From Somniosus microcephalus (taxonomy: Eukaryota), in the NCBI GenBank assembly GCA_052327205.1, contig CM126220.1, positions 71,486,001 through 71,537,567 on the forward strand: DNA of 51,567 nt, read 5' to 3'. Both the position numbers and the translations under genes were made by a program. Under the pieces are notes generated by a model that saw only the letters and a list, made by a program, of their open reading frames with translations, made no database searches and was not told where the DNA came from. Of the stretch, positions 35,976 to 47,464 are shown one piece after another. How positions within the stretch are numbered: the first letter of the stretch is position 1; every line of letters starts with the position of its first letter.

Positions 35976-36812
35976 TCAGCCTTGGCTCAGTGGTAGTACT
36001 CTTGACTTTGAGCCACAAGGTTGTGGGTTCAAGTTAGCATTGCCAACTCTGGTTGAATGTATTCCTGAAGGTTAATTCACATGACCTCCTACACCCACCC
36101 CTCCCCCCATCTCCCCGCTCCCGCCATTGGTCGCCTGACACGTCCATCCTCACGGCGCCCCACCTTCCCACGTCATTGGAAAGCGAAAAGGCTCTTAACC
36201 CATTTGGATGATTCTTGAGTGTCAGTCAAACAGCCTTTTTCCCATCGCCATTATATTAATAACAAGTAAACAGAAGTGGTCCAAGAAAATGAAAAAGCCC
36301 CTATGATTTTTATCCCTGGGTTGCTCGCGGCAGTGTCCTAGAGATTAATCTTCAATTCCTGGAGACTGCAGGATAATCCTGGGGGACTGGCGACCCTAGT
36401 TCAAGTCCGACTCCAGGGACTTGAGTACAAAATCTAGGCTGACACTTCAATGCAGTGCTGAGGGAGCGCTGCACTGTCGGAGGTGCCGTCTTTCAGATGA
36501 GACGTTAAACCGAGGCCCCGTCTGCTCTCTCAGGTGGATGTAAAAGATCCCATGGCCACTATTCAAAGAAGAGCAGGGGAGTTCTCCCCGGTGTCCTGTC
36601 CAATATTTATCCCTCAATCAACATCACCAAAACAGATGATCTGGTCAGTATCACATTGCTGGCTGTGGGAGCTTGCTGTGCGCAAATTGGCTGCCGCGTT
36701 TCCCACATTACAACAGTGACTACACTTCAAAAAAAGTACTTCATTGGCTGTAAAGTGCTTTGGGTCATCCTGCAGTTGTGAAAGGCGCTATAGAAATGCA
36801 AGTCTTTCTTCT
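35976..36812 (+). mobile_element. Full-length Deu-domain SINE interrupted by a MITE
   Basis: A-box TGGCTCAGTGG, a split B-box, and the conserved body and tail. Confidence 0.8.
36035..36398. mobile_element. hAT-type MITE
   Basis: 8-bp TSD GTTCAAGT at 36027-36034 and 36399-36406. Imperfect TIRs TAGCATTGCCA / TGGCGACCCTA. Confidence 0.75.
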
Positions 36813-36871
36813 TGCACGTATTTGGATCGATCAAAGCTGATTGATGTTTCTTTAATCTCCTTTTGCACCAG

Positions 36872-36979
36872 ATGTTATAGGTTGTGTTGTACCCAGTCTT
36901 TGCAAAGAGTATTGTGACACTGAAGTAGGATGCAGCAACATTGCCTATCCCAGGCTGGTGGTGAAGCTCATGCCAGCGG
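36872..36979 (+). CDS. SLC5A1: Sodium/glucose cotransporter exon 10 equivalent
   Basis: [36 protein letters not shown]; 108 bp; AG/GT. Confidence 0.92.
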
Positions 36980-37704
36980 GTAAGTACCAATCTTTAAAGA
37001 TACAAAATAAAAACTACTTGGAAAGATTATAGGGCCGGAGCTTGCCCTGGGTGTAAAACTGGTTCGGTGGATGGGTCACCCGTTATAGAAACCGCCCGAT
37101 TGACATCTCCGTTGATTTGAATGGAAATGTAAATTGGACAGTTTCTATATCAGGCAGCACACCTGCAACCCCAGGTCTATGCCCAAGGGGCAAGTTGAAA
37201 ATCTACCCCAATAATGTCTGCGAGCACAGAGGTTGCCCTGGTGACTACTTGGCTGCATACACTGGCTAGTGATCTTCCAAAGCATATAAGACCAACGAAG
37301 CCCCAGGCTGGATCCCTTAGTGCTGCTGAGTTAGTTGAATCGTTACTACTGAGTGTTGGCGTTAGATCTGTTTAAGCTAATTCTGTGACAACTTCCTCTG
37401 CGACCCCCTCGAGCGATGGAAACCAGTCCAGGAGATCACACGGACCAAGTGTTCTCTATCAAGCCACTTACCTTCTAAATGATGCCATCTCTGCCCCAGT
37501 CAAGAACCGGTCCAGCTCCCTCTGGAAGGCTCGCAGGGAGTTGGCACCCGCCACACCAGCTGGCAACACATTCCAGAGGCTCGCTACTCTCTGCGAAAAA
37601 CCGAACTGCCCAACATCCCATCTATCCCTACTCACCCCTGAACAGCCCGGCTCTAATTTTGTTCTGGACTCCCCACACCAGAGGAAATAGTTTCTCTCTA
37701 TCTA

Positions 37705-38300
37705 CGGCATTACCATCGCCGAATCTCCCACCATCAACATCCTCGGGGTGACCATTGACCAGAAACTTAACTGGATCAGCCACATAAATACTGTGGCTAC
37801 AAGAGCAGGTCAGAGGCTAAGTATTCTGTGGTGAGTGTCTCACCTCCTGACTCCCCAAAGCCTTTCCACCATCTACAAGGCACAACTAAGGAGAATGATG
37901 GAATACTCTCCACTTGCATGGATGAGTGCAGCTCCAACAACACTCAAGAAGCTCGACACCATCCAGGACAAAGCAGCCCACTTGATTGGCACCCCATCCA
38001 CCACCTTAAACATTCACTCCCTCCACCACTGGCACACCGTGGCTGCAGTGTGTACCATCTACAAGATGCACTGCAGCAACTCGCCAAGGCTTCTTCAGCA
38101 GCACCTCCCAAACCCGCGACCTCTACCACCTAGAAGAACAAGGGCAGCAGGAGCATGGGAACACCACCACCTCCCAGTTCCCCTCCAAGTCACACATCAT
38201 CCTGACTTAGAAGTATATCGCTGATCCTTCATCGTCGCTGGGTCAAAATCCTGGAACTCCCTCCCTAACAGCACTGTGGGAGTACCTTCACCACACGAAT
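37705..38300 (+). mobile_element. Degenerate non-LTR retrotransposon 3' fragment (RT thumb region)
   Basis: ILGVTIDQKLNW and LSTIYKAQLRRMMEYSPLAW..KLDTIQ-like translation. Confidence 0.7.
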
Positions 38301-38723
38301 AGGGAAATGAGGCTTTGACCAGCTGCTCCTGTAGCTGCCGGCATCACCAGCCAGCAACAGGTTTTTCCATTTCCTCATCAGCCCCCTTTATTACGGGTAT
38401 TATAAACAAAGTTTATCTCTAGCACGTGTCTGTCAGGTTTCAGATGGCACACTAAAAAGTGTCAGAAGTATATATATGAAAAAAAAGAGAAAGAAAGCCA
38501 GTCATTTCCTGCTTGATAATCTGACCTGAAATCTCCCTCAACAATTAACCTCTAATTGACCACAGAAGGTACCCATTCAGACCGTATCCCCACAGAAATT
38601 AGCAGCGCAGTGGCCTGAAAGGCCAGTTTAGGCACAGCTCCATCTTAGCAACTAAACATGACAACCATGCTGGAACTCTGAGCAACATCACCGGAGGTCA
38701 GCTAGTAAATATGAAAATACATT

Positions 38724-39487
38724 GGCCCAGAAATTCGGGTCGGGGGCTTCCCGCGGGTGCAAGCCCCCGACCTGCACTTACCTACCGCGCCAGCCGTTGA
38801 GCTGTGGGCCCGCGTGGGATTCCGATCCTGGGCCTGCTCCAACTGCTGGCGCGCAGTGCTTGCGTGTCCCAGGGGCGCAGTTCGTTCGAAGCGTCCCCTG
38901 GGATCACGTGGGCCATGGAGAGCCAATGGTAGCAGGGAATCTCTATTCATAGATTTGACAAGAAGAGCTGTCAAATCTATGAATAGAGTTCGGCCCCAAA
39001 ACATAACTCAAACTTCAAATAATTTTTTTTTTTAAATCACATTTTTTAAATAACTATAAATTACATTAAATAACTATTTTAAACAATAATTTAAATTTTT
39101 GAAAAAATTAATTACAGTTTTTAACGGGGCTAAAAATAAACTTACCTTTCTTTAAAGTATTTAAAAGTAATAAACCTGTGGAAAAAATGTTTAAATTTTA
39201 CTTAATTCACCACTTACCTTGTTAAAAGCAGGCCTTGCGACTGCTTTTTAAAAGTGTAACTCCTGGAGACTTACCCTCCCGGAGAAACCTGCAAAAAAGA
39301 CGGAAGTTCCAGGCGTACGCGCTGCCTCTCCGGCACACGCGTTCGACCTCTGAACCCCTTCCTTTAAGTGAACGGAAGTTCCGGTTTCCCGCGCATGCGC
39401 AGTGCATGCCCAAAACCGGTACTTTTGTTGGGCCTACGCGTGAGTACCCAGCGCGTACTCACCCGTGGAGACCCGAATTTCTGGCCC
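38724..39487. mobile_element. PIF/Harbinger-type MITE
   Basis: 18-bp TIRs GG(C/G)CCAGAAATTCGGGTC (1 mismatch) and 3-bp TSD ATT. AT-rich centre with an internal perfect hairpin. Confidence 0.7.
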
Positions 39488-39573
39488 ATTAATATTAGCA
39501 GCTAGAGCTTTTTGCCTCAGTTTGTCCCAGTATTTTCATAGCGCTGTAAGGCAGGGTAGATACCAAAGTAATA

Positions 39574-39803
39574 AAAACAGAAAATGCCGGAAATACTCAG
39601 CAGGTCAGGCAACATCTGTGGAGAGGGAGAAACAGAGTTAACGTTCCAGGTCGCTGACCCTTCGTCAGAACAGCCAGTCATCGACCTGAAACGTTAACTC
39701 TGTTTCTCTCACTCCACGGATGCTGCCTGACCTGCTGAGTTTTTCCAGTATTTTCTGTTTTTATTTCAGATTTCCAGCATCCGCAGTATTTTGCTTTTGT
39801 TTT
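39574..39803. mobile_element. Inverted pair of Penelope-type pseudo-LTRs
   Basis: ~85-bp inverted arms, flanked by the 17-bp direct repeat TAGAT(A/G)CCAAAGTAATA at 39557-39573 and 39804-39820. Confidence 0.65.
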
Positions 39804-39835
39804 TAGATGCCAAAGTAATAGGTTTATGCAGCCAT

Positions 39836-40210
39836 TGTAGGAATGTCTAGTTCCTATCCAAAAGACTGAGGTCCACTCAGGCGATCAAATAAACGAGGTT
39901 TAACGAAAAGTAACAGAGTTAATGGATAACTACAGGAGAACATCGAATATAGGTGTAGTCAGTTCGGAGGCTCCACGAGGACTGCTAGGGCGGTCCCGTG
40001 GCTGACGTCATGACGTCATCACGTTTTTCCCGCCGGTGGGGGATCACATGATGAACGGCGTGACATCATCGCGTTTACCTGCGCTATTAAAGTGATCACG
40101 CTCTGTACATGCAAAGAGTGAAAACAAAGATACAGACTCAGGCTGTAGCCAACATATTATTAAAGGGAATTATATACAATTGACTGGAGTCCCTTAGTGG
40201 CTCCGCCACA
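39836..40210. mobile_element. Probable solo LTR
   Basis: TGTAG...CCACA flanked by CCAT at 39832-39835 and 40211-40214. CpG-rich, with tandem TGACGTCA. Confidence 0.5.
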
Positions 40211-40216
40211 CCATGA

Positions 40217-40408
<192 letters not shown>

Positions 40409-41771
40409 TAAGAACACTCTCCACGCTGAAGAATCAACCCGATTTGGGATCTTAAAGTTGGCTTCATTACAACAACCATGTCCTCAAACTTCAGAAGAAA
40501 AATGTAATCTAAATATTAATAGGGGAGGAAAATCTGTGTTTCCTTGTCGAGTTCTGCATCACAGCAGAAGCGGCAGCGTGGGGTGATTCTCCCATTTACA
40601 AGGCCCAAATAATGGCCCCCAAATGCCCAGAACCACTTCACTGGACGCCGGTGACCTCTGCTCCTGACCCCACCGATGTACCTGGATGCCGGTTTTATGC
40701 AAGCGGGTAAATTACTGAGCATTATACCAGGGGAAAGGCTGGGAAATCGGATAGCCTTCTGAATGGCATCATCGGGACCTAATTTTAATAAAATTAATGA
40801 CACAATCTGCTGCCGGTACTAATCCCGGATGGAGCATTACGTGGATGGAAATCTGGCGCGATGGGTCTGCTCCTAATTTTCTGATCAGTTGCGTCCACTT
40901 TGCACCTGTTAATCAGGTATAATCGATCAGAGACTCTACTCCCCAGTGCCTTTCATTCCACCGTCAGGTATGGCATGGCTGAAATACCCGTGGGCCCCTG
41001 ATCTTCTGCGGACGTTGTCCCGATCTCCCGTCGTAACTTGGGCGGGAGACTGGAGGAACCCCCAGAGAAACGGTGTAAGCAGCCAGTTACACCATCCCTC
41101 TGTGGGTTTCTGCCGATTTCCAAGTGAGCTGGAGAACGCCACAGAATTCAGGGCCAATGCGGGTAACTCTAACTTTGGTCGATGATATAGAATTAGCCGC
41201 CCGTTATACACCCCGCCCGATATTCCTTTCCATCAAAGTTGATAAAAAGGAAAATTGGGCGGGGTGTAAATTAGGCTCCCAATTCAAAACGATCATTATA
41301 CATCTTACACCAAGTTAAAATTACCCCCAGTGTCTGAGCTCCAGTCAATAAACCTCTCATATTATCGAATGGGCTACATTAGTATTCCCTTTGTTTAATT
41401 GAATCAGGCCAAGTTTACGCACTTTCTCGCCTCATGCTGCCACCGTAACTTCGGAGGCAGTGGGAGCAGCTACAGGGAAACTCCCATCCACAGTGCAGTG
41501 CGGCTTATGTGGCACTTGCAGAGTGGGTCTGTTGGTTCTGTACATGTGGGCAGCGCGAGGTATTGAGCAGTGGCGGGGCCGAGTGCACTGGTTGGCAGGA
41601 GGCTTAGGTCGAGCAGGGAGGATAGGCCAGGAGCTTGTTGGACTTTGGGTGTGTGCTGTACGCAGTCCCTGAGGGCCTTTAGGGGGCAGGAGGCTGATGG
41701 GATCTTTCTGCCCATCAGTTAATCTCAAACTGCATTGTCTTAAATCCAATGCCTTTATCTTTGCAGGTAAT

Positions 41772-42945
41772 GGCGGGGGGGGAATGGGGGGTGATGGGGG
41801 GGTAGGGGGAGGGTGATGGGGGGTAGGGGGAGGGTGATGGGGGTGGGGGGATGATGGGGGGAGGGGGATGGGGGGTAGGGGGAGGGTGATGGGGTAGGGG
41901 GAGGGTGCTGGGGGTAGGGGGAGGGTGCTGGGGGGTAGGGGGAGGGTGATGGGGGTAGGGGGAGGGTGATGGGGTGGGGGGGTGATGGGGGGGTAGGGGG
42001 AGGGTGCTGGGGGGGTGGGGGTGATGGGGGTAGGGGGAGTGTGATGGGGGGTAGGGGGAGGGTGATGGGGGCTAGGGGGAGGGTGATGGGGCTAGGGGGG
42101 TGATGGGGGTAGGGGGGGTGATGGGGGGCTAGGGGGAGGGTGATGGGGGTAGGGGGAGGGTGATGGGGGCTAGGGGGAGGGTGATGGGGCTAGGGGGGGT
42201 GATGGGGGGGTAGGGGGAGGGTGATGGGGGTAGGGGGGGTGATGGGGGGCTAGGGGGAGGGTGATGGGGGTAGGGGGAGGGTGATGGGGGCTAGGGGGAG
42301 GGTGATGGGGCTAGGGGGGGTGATGGGGGGGTAGGGGGAGGGTGATGGGGTAGGGGGAGGGTGATGGGGGGTAGGGGGAGTGTGGGGGGGTGGGGGGGTG
42401 ATGGGGGGTAGGGGGAGGGTGATGGGGGGTAGGGGGAGGGTGGGGGGGTGATGGGGGGTAGGGGGAGGGTGATCGGGGGTAGGGGGAGGGTGATGGGGGG
42501 TAGGGGGAGGGTGGGGGGGTGATGGGGGGGTAGGGGGAGGGTGATCGGGGGTAGGGGAAGGGTGATTGGGGGTAGGGGGAGGGTGGGGGGTGATGGGGGG
42601 TAGGGGGAGGGTGATCGGGGGTAGGGGGGAGGGTGATGGGGGGTAGGGGGAGGGTGGGGGGGTGATGGGGGGGGTAGGGGGAGGGTGATCGGGGGTAGGG
42701 GGAGGGTGATGGGGGTAGGGGGAGGGTGGGGGGTTGATGGGGGGTAGGGGGAGGGTGATCGGGGGTAGGGGGAGGGTGATGGGGGGTAGGGGGAGGGTGG
42801 GGGGGTGATGGGGGGTAGGGGGAGGGTGATCGGGGGTAGGGGGAGGGTGATGGGGGGTAGGGGGAGGGTGATGGGGGGTGGGGGGGTGATGGGGTGATGG
42901 GGTGGGGCGATGGGTGATGGGGGGGTAGGGGGGGTGATGGGGGGT
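41772..42945. repeat. G-rich ~20-bp minisatellite
   Basis: Units GGGGGAGGGTGATGGGGG(G)TA and variants. Confidence 0.95.
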
Positions 42946-43024
42946 ATTTTCTGATTGAGGAATGGGAACGGCAGAGAGTGGAATCGTTTTCTTTCTTCAT
43001 CATTTGTGGCTGCTGTGTTCTCAG

Positions 43025-43193
43025 ACTCTTCACCTTGGTCCTGATCGGAATCAGTATTGCCTGGATTCCAATTGTACAGAAGGCACAAAGTGGACAGCTC
43101 TTTGACTACATCCAGTCCATCACCAGCTATCTGGGTCCACCTATAGCCTCGATCTTCTTGCTGGCCATCTTTGTCAAACGTGTCAATGAACAA
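43025..43193 (+). CDS. SLC5A1: Sodium/glucose cotransporter exon 12 equivalent
   Basis: [56 protein letters not shown]; 169 bp. [10 protein letters not shown] matches SGLT1. Confidence 0.93.
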
Positions 43194-43457
43194 GTAAGTT
43201 CCCGTTGTTTTGATATTTCGCTGCGTGTGTCTCTCCTCGTTTCCTCTTTCTCCTCCGCCACCCATTCAGATCCTCTTGATTTCAGGAGCTTTGGGAGATG
43301 GGGCTGTTCCAGTTCAGACTTTTCCTCCAACACCCTTTCCTCGTGTAAATGACAGTTTCTATCAGCAGATCAGGTCTCTTATGAACTCAAGCACAGGACT
43401 AGGTTTTCAACCTGTCGTTTCAGGGGTTAAACCTGGCGTTGCGCATTGGCTGCTCGT

Positions 43458-44015
43458 CAGCACCCCCGCGCTCGCTGACCTACATTGGCTCCCGCTCCGG
43501 CAAAGCCTTGATTTAAAATTCTCATACTTCTTTTCAAAGCCTCGCCCCGCCCCATCTCTGTAATCTCCTCCAGCTCCAAAACCCTCCTGCATCTCTGCGC
43601 TCCTCCAATTCGGGCCTCTTGTGCATCCCCGATTTTCAGCACTCTACCATTGGTGGCCGTGCCTTCAGCTGTCTGACCCCCAAGCCCTAGAATTCCTCCC
43701 TAAACTTCTCCATCTCTCTAACTCTCAGTCCTCCTTTAAGATGCTCCTGAAACCCTACCTCTTTGACCAAGCTTTTGGTAACTTGTCCCAATATCTCCTT
43801 ATGTGACTCGGTGTCAAATTTTGGGGATATGGGGATCGGGCAGGAAAGTGGAGTTGAGGTCGAAGATCAGCCATGATCTTGTTGAATGACGGAGCAGGCT
43901 TGAGGGGCCGTATGACCTGCTCCTGCTCCTAATTCTTCTGTTCTTATGTTTGTTTGATAACGCTCCTTCGGACGTTTCGCTACATTAAAGGAGCTATATA
44001 AATGCAAGTTGTTGT
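43458..44015 (+). mobile_element. L2-type LINE 3' fragment with a nested CR1 tail (~43823-43950)
   Basis: TPALADLHWLP motif and GCTATATAAATGCAAGTTGTTG tail; parallels 45870-46405. Confidence 0.65.
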
Positions 44016-44684
44016 CGAGAAATCGCCCAATTTTAATTTCCATTGGGTGCTGCAATGGGCGGACGATCTGCAACACCAGTTTTATGCTCAGGTGCAAGTG
44101 GACAATCAACCCCAAAGGAATGTAGGAGTGTACAGGGCTGGGAGAAGACCACTGCTGTCCATCTGTCTGGTCCCAGTTTCTGGGTGATATCATATCCAAC
44201 GATATCACTCATACCCTCGAGTACATTTTTCTCCAGATGCTCATCCAACTCTCTCTGTTACTGATACACTTAAATTCCCTTGGCAGGCCGTTGAATGCAT
44301 TTTCCCCACCCACCTGTAAAAAGTAGCTAAAGCTAAACTGGCTTTTAATTCTGTACCCTCTACTTGTAGAATCTACGTTAAACATGATGGGGCCCGAGAT
44401 TCCTCAGGGTGTGATCCCAGATGTGACACAGGATGTTGCCCCTCAGGCACTGACCTTGCTGGAGCTTGTGGAGGTCAGTCAGGGGGCACCTAATTAGCAT
44501 GGGGCATGTGGCCGTAAGCGGCAACTCAGGTGCTTCTCTGGTGCCCCACTGCCCCAGGCAGCCTGAGCAAGGGGGCTGATTTAAATCACCCGAGTCTTCA
44601 CTGGGGGTCCAGGACGCTTCCCTGGCCTGGGCCCCACCAACTGGCCCATATCTGCCCAGATGGAGGCTGATACACCTCACCTTG

Positions 44685-45390
44685 GTGTGCATGTACATAG
44701 ATCCCTGAAGGCAGCAGAACAGGTGGATAAGGTGGTTAAAAAGGCATATGGGATACTTGCCTTCATTAGCTGAGGCATAGAATATAAGAGCAGGGAGGTT
44801 ATGATGGAGCTGTACAAAACGCTAGTTAGGCCACAGCTGGAATACTGTGTGCAGTTCTGGTCGCCACACTATAGGAAGGATGTGATTGCATTGGAGAGGG
44901 TGCAGAGGAGATTCACCAGGATGTTACCTGGGCTGGAGCGCTTCAGCTATGAAGAGAGACTGGACAGGCTGGGGTTGTTTTCCTTGGAGCAGAGAAGGCT
45001 GAGGGGGGACCTGATTGAGGTGTACAAAATTATGAGGGGCATAGATAGGGTGGATAGAAAGGAACTTTTCCCCTTAGTAGAGGGGTCAATAACAAGGGGG
45101 CATAGATTCAAGGTAAGGGGCAGGAGGTTTAGAGGAGATTTGAGGAAAAACTTTTTCACCCAGAGGGTGGTTGGAATCTGGAACTCACTGCCTGAAAGGG
45201 TGGTAGAGGCAGGAACCCTCACAACATTCAAGAATCATTTGGATGAGCACTTGAAACGCCACAGCATACAAGGCTACGGACCAAGTGCTGGAAAATGGGA
45301 TTAGATTAGACTGGGCTTGATGGCCGGCGCGGACGTGATGGGCCGAAGGGCCTCTTTCTGTGCTGTATAACTCTCTGACTCTATGACTAT
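44685..45390 (+). mobile_element. 5'-truncated CR1 LINE
   Basis: [43 protein letters not shown]; TCTATGAC-type tail. Confidence 0.9.
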
Positions 45391-45869
45391 AACTCATTGG
45401 CCCTACCATAGATACATCGATTTCATTACTGAGCCTAGTGAACAGGAACTCTGTCCCTCCGCCCTCCCACCGCCGCCACCACCCACCCCCCCCACCCCAC
45501 CTCACCCCCCCACCCCACCTCACCCCAATCACCAGCTATCTGGGATCATTGCACTTGTAAGGGGTGGTTGAGTTTCTGCCCCTTACTAAGCAGATCGGAA
45601 ACTCTGGCAGAAACCCGGCAGAAGCAGGTCTGTGCTGTTGTCTCGGGGGTTTTGTCGGGTATCCTGCTGGAGTTAAGGTAGGACCTGGCGGAACCCCTGA
45701 GGAATTTCAGCCCCATTGACATTTATCACCTGAATGTTTTAGGGTCTTGAATACAAACCCTGTGTCTTTATTCTTTATCGCACTCACCTGGGCTGCACTA
45801 AGAGTGCGATTAAAGAATACCCCAGACACAGGACTGCAGTACTGTATTCCACTGCACCCCTATCACATT

Positions 45870-46405
45870 CAACGGCTGATAAATACTGCGCTGCCAAACA
45901 GACCAAACTGCCCGTGTCCTAACTCGCACCAAGTCCCGTTCGCCCAACACCCCTGTGCTCGCTGACCTACACCGGCTCCCGGTTAAGCAGCGCCTCGATT
46001 TCAAAATTCTCATTCTTCCTTTCAAATCCCTCCGTGGCCTCGCCCCTCCCTACCTCTGTAATCTCCTCCAGCTCCACAACCCCCCCAAGATATCTGCGCT
46101 CCTCTAATTCTGCCCTCTTGAGCATCCCTAATTATAATCGCTCAATCATCGGTGGTCGTACCTTCTGTAGCCTAGGCTCTAAGCTCTGGAATTCCCTGCC
46201 TAAACCTCTCCGCCTCTCTACCTCTCTTTCCTCCTTTAAGACGCTCCTTAAAACCTACCACTTTGACCAAGCTTTTGGACACCTGCCCTAATTTATCCTT
46301 ACGTGGCTCGGTATCAAATTTTTTGTCTTAAAATACTCCTGTGCAGCGCCTTGGGACGTTTTACTATGTTAAAGGTGCTATATAAATACAAGTTGTCGTT
46401 GTTGT
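45870..46405 (+). mobile_element. L2-type LINE 3' fragment
   Basis: TPVLADLH-like and LWNSLPKPLR..SFKTLLKTY translation; (GTT)n tail. Confidence 0.75.
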
Positions 46406-47126
46406 TGGATTTATTTTGAAGTAAAATGATACACAGAAGCAAAAAGATACAGGCAAATGACTACACAGCACAATATCTGTGTCAAAGAACTGGAAACCGG
46501 TCAGCAAGGTTTCTGAAAACCGTCTCATGCACTCCCTTGGAAAGTAACAGCGTCACTGGGCATTATCAGGGCAAGCACTGCAACAGTTCAAGGAGAAGGC
46601 CCACCACCACCTTCTCAGGGTGACTAGGGAACAGGGATGGGCAATGAATGTGGCCCTGCCAGCATTGCACATCCCAAGAACATCTTCGGGAAATATGGTA
46701 CAGCGGTGCAGGTCTCAACTAGCCGCCCAGGTGTAAAACTAGTGTTGTGGATCCCCCCCACCCTCCCGTTATAGAAATGGCCCGATTTTCATTTCCTCCA
46801 AAATCAAGGGCGATGGATATGGGTGGTCTCGGTAACAGGCGGCCGACCGGTAGTTTCCTGCCCGGGTGGCAGGATGACAGTCTGGCTCTGTAGACGCACC
46901 ATGCTGTGTGCACTGTACAGACATTAAGCGGCAATAGATTTGTCTGGTGTGGTGGCTCACATTGGACGGTCGCAAACCGCCAGCCCGTTTTACATTCCGC
47001 GCCATTTCCTTTTCCATTGGAACATGCTAAAATGCGTAAAGCAGGCGGCTGATTGGCTGTCGCCCGGTTGGTGCTGCTGTCCGAGGATCGTCCCCGCGAT
47101 ATATTAAAGTGCTCTCTTTGTTTCAG

Positions 47127-47342
47127 GGCGCTTTCTGGGGGTTGATTTTTGGCCTTGCTGCCGGCTTGTCCCGCATGATCGCCGAATTTGTGTTTGGAAC
47201 CGGCAGCTGTGTGAGTCCCAGCAGCTGTCCCGTGATCATTTGTGGCATCCACTACCTCTACTTCGCAATCATCCTCTTTGTCGCCACCAGCTTGGTGGTG
47301 CTTATCGTGTCCTTGCTGACAAAACCCATCGATGACGTACAT
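47127..47342 (+). CDS. SLC5A1: Sodium/glucose cotransporter exon 13 equivalent
   Basis: [51 protein letters not shown]...KPIDDVH; 216 bp. Confidence 0.93.
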
Positions 47343-47464
47343 GTGAGTGTGCCATTCATTCCCACGAGGAGGCTGCTCTGTGCATGACAGGCTCACTTGT
47401 TTGGCATTGTTGATGTGGTCAGAGCGGCTAGTATGACAATTGTGACAGGGGCAGATAGGTTAAT

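Noticed and set aside
42291-43265. Extensin-like Pro-rich minus-strand ORFs
   Set aside because: Reverse translation of the G-rich minisatellite, antisense to exon 12.
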